A DNA stretch of 64,000 nucleotides from the IMG/VR virus record IMGVR_UViG_3300028832_000110, positions 32,001 through 96,000 of that record, one strand, 5' to 3'. The DNA comes from a virus (lineage: Duplodnaviria; Caudoviricetes). Shown here piece by piece: positions 60,052 through 64,000 of this stretch. The position numbers were made by a program, and so were the translations under genes. The notes below the pieces were generated by a model. The model saw only the letters and a list, made by a program, of their open reading frames with translations, was not told where the DNA came from and did no database searches. Each line of letters begins with the position of its first letter. Position 1 is the first letter of the stretch.

Positions 60052-60098
60052 CCGTCTGCCGACAAAGCCGCCACCAAGCGGCTACAAAAGGCAGACGG
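60052..60098 (+). promoter_or_regulatory. DGR target-recognition hairpin downstream of VR2
   Basis: AGCCGC-CACCAA-GCGGCTAC inside an outer stem CCGTCTGCC/GGCAGACGG. Confidence 0.75.
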
Positions 60099-60163
60099 AA
60101 AATTAGGAGGAAGCGGATCAATTTCTGCTTTCTCTTCCATTGTCTAACCAAAAAAGAAAAATT

Positions 60164-60700
60164 ATGGAACTGAAAATTGAAACCAAGCAGGAATTGAAGT
60201 ATGTGATGGATTTCTACAACATTCCTTTCGTGCCAATACATGACGGCAAAAAGGATATGGGAAAAATCACGCGAGAAATGAAGTACGAACCCGGGCATTG
60301 GAGATACAATTCGGGCTTCGAGTATCTTGGCTTTGAACTTGCTTATGAGCAAATCAAAGACGTTATCGCTCTCAAAGAGAACGTGAGAAAACCATTCAAA
60401 GCCATTCTGGTATATAGAGTGGAAGAGCAGACTTGGAATTATCCAGACGTTGAAGGTGGTATTCCCTGCCATCACGTCTATCCCAAGACAGTTGTACGCG
60501 AGACCGAGAACGAAATTGAGGGAACAATGGACGAAGTTTTTGTCACTTGCTTCAAGTCAAACAATACCATGCGCTATTGCAACGGACATCGTTATCATTT
60601 CAAAGACGATAAGGTTAGTGATATGTATTATCTCTGGCTGAAACTTATGCCCGATGCACGGCATTTCGACCTCTACTACGGCAACGGCATTGTTGACTAA
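60164..60700 (+). CDS. hypothetical protein
   Basis: Start placed at ATG 60164; LYYGNGIVD C-terminus. Confidence 0.7.
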   Translation: MELKIETKQELKYVMDFYNIPFVPIHDGKKDMGKITREMKYEPGHWRYNSGFEYLGFELAYEQIKDVIALKENVRKPFKAILVYRVEEQTWNYPDVEGGIPCHHVYPKTVVRETENEIEGTMDEVFVTCFKSNNTMRYCNGHRYHFKDDKVSDMYYLWLKLMPDARHFDLYYGNGIVD

Positions 60701-60761
60701 GGGAAATGCGGATCAATTTCCGCACTCCCACATTAATGTTTCACTCTAAATTCAAAAAGTT

Positions 60762-61298
60762 ATGGAAAAAATTATGTTATTGGATGCCAATGTTGGCGAC
60801 GTTCTTTATGTAAGAATGAACAAAACTGTCATTGCAGTTAAAATCGTGAAGTTTATTTGCGGTAGCATCGGTGCCTCTTCAAGTGATTCATCCTATGTCT
60901 GGCTGCTTATTGCAGGGCAGGGTGACAATCCTCAGCAGAAGTACATCGGAAAACACAATACCGAGAAATATTATCGTACCATTGAAGACTGCATCAACGA
61001 CAAACCCATTGAGAAGTATGTCGTGGATGCAAAAGAGTTGGCAGAAAAATGCGGCATGGAATTGACGCATGAGTACAGCTCTATCGGATATGGCTACGAT
61101 GGTGTATGGAAATTCGAGTGGGATGGATTCATGCCTAAGAGGGTTCACGTTGCATTGAGTGAATTCCACCTCGTAAACGATGCCGACGGATGGCACTACG
61201 AGGTTTACAAGAAATCCTACGAGCGTGAGCCGAGGAAATTCTACGACACCTATGAAGAATGTATCGCCGACAACCAAGTAAAAGTGGTTGCTTTCTGA
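60762..61298 (+). CDS. hypothetical protein
   Basis: 178 aa with the repeated motif Y.T.E(D/E)CI.D. Confidence 0.7.
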   Translation: MEKIMLLDANVGDVLYVRMNKTVIAVKIVKFICGSIGASSSDSSYVWLLIAGQGDNPQQKYIGKHNTEKYYRTIEDCINDKPIEKYVVDAKELAEKCGMELTHEYSSIGYGYDGVWKFEWDGFMPKRVHVALSEFHLVNDADGWHYEVYKKSYEREPRKFYDTYEECIADNQVKVVAF

Positions 61299-61365
61299 TT
61301 CCTCCAGACCATTTCGCGCTAATCCTCGAAATGGTCACGATTTATTCACCAAAATTCAGAAGATT

Positions 61366-61620
61366 ATGAAGACAAAGTATGAAAACGGAATCCTCTCCTT
61401 TACTGAGGATTCAGATGATGAAAAGATTTTCAGTGTCATCGGCACGAAGTATGGCGATGGTGACAGATTCGTTCGCCTTATGACCGAGAAAGAAGTTAAG
61501 GAAGAAATTCCAGATGAAAAGGAGTGGAGTATGCCCATCGACGAAATGGAGGTTGGCGACACCTCAACCTATGGCTATTGGCACTACGACAAAGCGAATA
61601 TCATTGTCCGCGTTGCCTGA
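61366..61620 (+). CDS. acidic hypothetical protein
   Basis: Start placed at ATG 61366. Confidence 0.65.
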   Translation: MKTKYENGILSFTEDSDDEKIFSVIGTKYGDGDRFVRLMTEKEVKEEIPDEKEWSMPIDEMEVGDTSTYGYWHYDKANIIVRVA

Positions 61621-61680
61621 CTATGTGCGGAATAATATCCGCATATAGCCCTATTATTTATTCACCAAAATTCATTTATT

Positions 61681-62346
61681 ATGGCAAAGAAAAATATAAA
61701 GCACACCGATTTCGGGTTGTGGGAAAGCCCAGAGAAATGTTTAGGGCATTCTACCCTCATTTACGGCAACAAACAAGAATTGTTGGGATTGGCGAGAGGT
61801 ATTCAGTTTATGCTTGAAAGAAAATACGCAAGACCTCACGTTGAATTTAACGATGAAGAGAACAACTATTCTATGAGTAGTAGTAAAACCTACTCGCTCA
61901 AACACTGCATCGTAGAAGAGATTCCAGAGCGTAAAGTTGAAGAGTATAACGAATGGATAAAATATACTGGCTTCAAGATTACGCTTACCGAGAATGACAA
62001 CGATGATGATGGTTACGACATCGGCATTGACAACGGCTGCTATGTTGAGGATTTCAGAGAATTCAGCATTGAACCATGCAAAGACATATCCCAAGCCGCA
62101 CACGAATGCCGAATACGTTATGTAATAATGGACGAAAACAAATACCTGAATCCGACATACATCAGAGAACGTCTTTCCTCTCTTGGTTATGACGGAGAAA
62201 AGGTTAAGGAAGAAACGATCACTCATATCCGAATGATAATGTCAAAGGGTGCATACGAATGCCCTCAGTCAATAGGAATTGGCTTTGACATTGCGCTCAA
62301 AAAGAATGCGGAGTGGTTTCTTAAATCAAACAACCTCTATCAGTAA
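61681..62346 (+). CDS. hypothetical protein
   Basis: 221 aa, hairpin leader. Confidence 0.7.
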   Translation: MAKKNIKHTDFGLWESPEKCLGHSTLIYGNKQELLGLARGIQFMLERKYARPHVEFNDEENNYSMSSSKTYSLKHCIVEEIPERKVEEYNEWIKYTGFKITLTENDNDDDGYDIGIDNGCYVEDFREFSIEPCKDISQAAHECRIRYVIMDENKYLNPTYIRERLSSLGYDGEKVKEETITHIRMIMSKGAYECPQSIGIGFDIALKKNAEWFLKSNNLYQ

Positions 62347-62403
62347 GCCATTGAGCCGATTAACTTCGGCTCCTGGCACTATTAACCCTAAAATTCAAGA
62401 ATT

Positions 62404-63183
62404 ATGAGAGTAAAAATTAAATTCGACCCAGACGGCGAGTATGGTTATCCCAAAAACATAATCATCAGCGCACAACAGTTGGTAAGGGATTACATCGACC
62501 ACTTAAATGAAGTCGAAGATGCAGACACCATTTCTTTCCTCAGAAAGACAGAAATAGGAAAGGCAGTTGACTTCGTGGCAGAAATGTGGGAACTTGACTA
62601 CGACGTGGTTTCTACCAGAAACATTCGCAGATGCAGCGTTTGTGGCAAACTCATTTCCTCTGGCTATCTCTTTGACGGAACAGATGCGTTCTGCGACAAA
62701 GATTGTGCAACACGATTCTTTGACAATGATGAAGGATGCGTGGATATTCTTATTGACGAAGGTGAGAGATTAGTCTGGCATGATGAATTCCCACTACGCG
62801 ACCACTACCGCGTAAACATTGGACACTTTGCCACCGAATGCTTCCACCATTTCGACAACGAAGACAGAATGTTCCAATGGATTTCTGAAATGATTGGTCA
62901 GAAAGTCAGTTCGTTTGAAGATTGTGAGGAATGGACGCGCAAGCAGGATGATGAAAAAGGCAGATACATCGAGATTCTTTGCATCGACAATATTCCAGAG
63001 TTTTACAAGCATCGCAGGGAGTACGTTCAATGCCTGCAAGATTGCGATGACCTTATGACCAAAGCTCAGAGGTTGCCATTAGGTGCAAAACGTGACTACC
63101 TCATTCGCAGGTTTGGCAAACGCTATGAAGATGCGAATTGGTATTGGGATGCCTACCCAGAAATCTGGCAGGGAGAGATTTAA
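62404..63183 (+). CDS. hypothetical protein with a zinc finger
   Basis: RRCSVCGK.ISSGY......FCDKDC. Confidence 0.72.
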   Translation: MRVKIKFDPDGEYGYPKNIIISAQQLVRDYIDHLNEVEDADTISFLRKTEIGKAVDFVAEMWELDYDVVSTRNIRRCSVCGKLISSGYLFDGTDAFCDKDCATRFFDNDEGCVDILIDEGERLVWHDEFPLRDHYRVNIGHFATECFHHFDNEDRMFQWISEMIGQKVSSFEDCEEWTRKQDDEKGRYIEILCIDNIPEFYKHRREYVQCLQDCDDLMTKAQRLPLGAKRDYLIRRFGKRYEDANWYWDAYPEIWQGEI

Positions 63184-63229
63184 CTATCTCCCCTACCTCT
63201 ATTTTATTCACTTATTAATTCAGTTAATT

Positions 63230-63388
63230 ATGATTCAGGACTTTTCAAAAGTAAATTCCAGACCCGACCACGTTGTATGCAATAAATGTGGGAAGGAAAT
63301 GTACGTTGACTATGACGTAGATGTTTGCCCGTGTTGTGGCGAAGAAGGTTATCTCATGGATATTGAGCAGGAAGTGGAAATCAATTAA
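63230..63388 (+). CDS. 52-aa zinc-ribbon protein
   Basis: CNKCG...CPCCG; start placed at ATG 63230 after the hairpin leader. Confidence 0.7.
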   Translation: MIQDFSKVNSRPDHVVCNKCGKEMYVDYDVDVCPCCGEEGYLMDIEQEVEIN

Positions 63389-63399
63389 AACTTACGGCT

Positions 63400-63636
63400 A
63401 TGTATGTAGTAAAGACCAATATCCCAACTATCAAGGATGAATATCGCAAGCAGAGTTTCAGCAGGAAACGCGATGCCATGCGCACATTCACGAATATGCG
63501 TAGATTCTGCGACAACAACGACTATGCCTACAAATTGTTCATCCGTGACCCCAAAACCCGCAGGAAGCCCATCAGAGGCACGATGCAGGTAGAAATCGGT
63601 GGATTCTTTTTCTATGTTGAACTTTATAGAGAGTAA
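63400..63636 (+). CDS. hypothetical protein
   Basis: 78 aa. Confidence 0.6.
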   Translation: MYVVKTNIPTIKDEYRKQSFSRKRDAMRTFTNMRRFCDNNDYAYKLFIRDPKTRRKPIRGTMQVEIGGFFFYVELYRE

Positions 63637-63641
63637 TTGCT

Positions 63642-63815
63642 ATGGAAGAAAAGAAAGTTTATCTGATTGTTCAAGATGTGCCGTCTTCAACGAAGACTTT
63701 GGCGCGAGTGTTCAGTTCGCCGGAAAAGGCGCAGGAAATTGCCGAAAGCCGCGACGAAAGAACTGGAGAGAAAGTCTACCCCAACAGCCGCGTCGTTGAG
63801 CGCGTTGTGGAGTAA
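63642..63815 (+). CDS. 57-aa small protein (not in ORF track)
   Basis: MEEKKVYLIVQ...RVFSSPEKAQE; motif similar to that in 58390..58905. Confidence 0.6.
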   Translation: MEEKKVYLIVQDVPSSTKTLARVFSSPEKAQEIAESRDERTGEKVYPNSRVVERVVE

Positions 63816-63878
63816 CGCTATGGATGCTCTGGCTTAACTGCCGCTGCATCCGCTATGTCTAACCAAACATTATAAATT

Positions 63879-64000
63879 ATGAACGAAGAAAGAATCGTTG
63901 AGGTTTTCGACCATGCTCAGAACCTACGCAAGAAGTCTGGCAAAAAACAGGCTTTCATTTATCTCGTTGGCTGCTATGCCGCACACACAAAGCCCAACTG
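63879..64000 (+). CDS. hypothetical protein, 3'-truncated by the window edge
   Basis: ATG 45 nt after the loop of the last hairpin; frame open to the end of the window. Confidence 0.55.
   Translation, partial: MNEERIVEVFDHAQNLRKKSGKKQAFIYLVGCYAAHTKPN

Larger units (their letters stand above)
51947..63851 (+). promoter_or_regulatory. array of about 24 intergenic hairpins with a conserved YYAAYY loop, one per gene leader
   Basis: Hairpins start at 51947, 52045, 52340, 52541, 53180, 53914, 54660, 55030, 55362, 56343, 56658, 57209, 57585, 57839, 58331, 58908, 59159, 60107, 60701, 61307, 61621, 62347, 63171 and 63822. Confidence 0.85.

Noticed and set aside
51947-63851. Hairpins as a CRISPR array or as ordinary intrinsic terminators
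   Set aside because: Stem sequences are not repeated and they are separated by whole genes; they lack U-tracts and are followed by A-rich leaders.
51947-63851. Hairpins as classical integron attC sites or N4-type template-strand hairpin promoters
   Set aside because: No RYYYAAC/GTTRRRY ends, too short, and no integrase in the window. G.T pairing favours the coding strand rather than the template strand. A non-classical recombination role is not excluded.
1-64000. tRNA, rRNA, CRISPR arrays, integrase or transposase, att sites
   Set aside because: None recognised by eye; tRNAscan-SE, Infernal and HMM searches would be needed to exclude them, and lifestyle (temperate or lytic) cannot be determined from this window.

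Overview
A 64-kb segment of a large tailed dsDNA phage, most likely a siphovirus. The host is probably Bacteroidota, based on TAnnTTTG -7 promoters, AT-rich leaders without Shine-Dalgarno sites and 'VDLGLPSG' lectin-like domains. Layout: (i) 1-2.7 kb, small + strand genes. (ii) 2.8-36.1 kb, a - strand late module: scaffold, decoration protein, major capsid, head-tail joining, tail tube, tail chaperone with a -1 frameshift, 2450-aa tape measure, distal tail/hub, tail fibre, a complete diversity-generating retroelement (target, MutS-I-like accessory, TR, RT) and lysis genes. (iii) 36.2-42.0 kb, + strand intein-containing terminase, portal and minor head protein. (iv) 42.1-48.4 kb, - strand genes including a 3'-phosphatase and a D5/P4-type helicase. 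(v) 48.4-51.9 kb, a repeat-rich control region around one gene with unusual word usage. (vi) 51.9-64 kb, an array of small + strand genes. Two observations stand out. First, about 24 genes or slots in the right-hand array are each preceded by a hairpin with a variable stem, a conserved YYAAYY loop, G.T pairs that work only on the coding strand, and a nearly fixed distance to the start codon. Second, the DGR has a second, remote target about 52 kb away on the opposite strand, inside that non-structural array, and it shares a cis hairpin with the tail-associated target. All alignments and counts were done by eye; family names come from motif recognition, not database searches.
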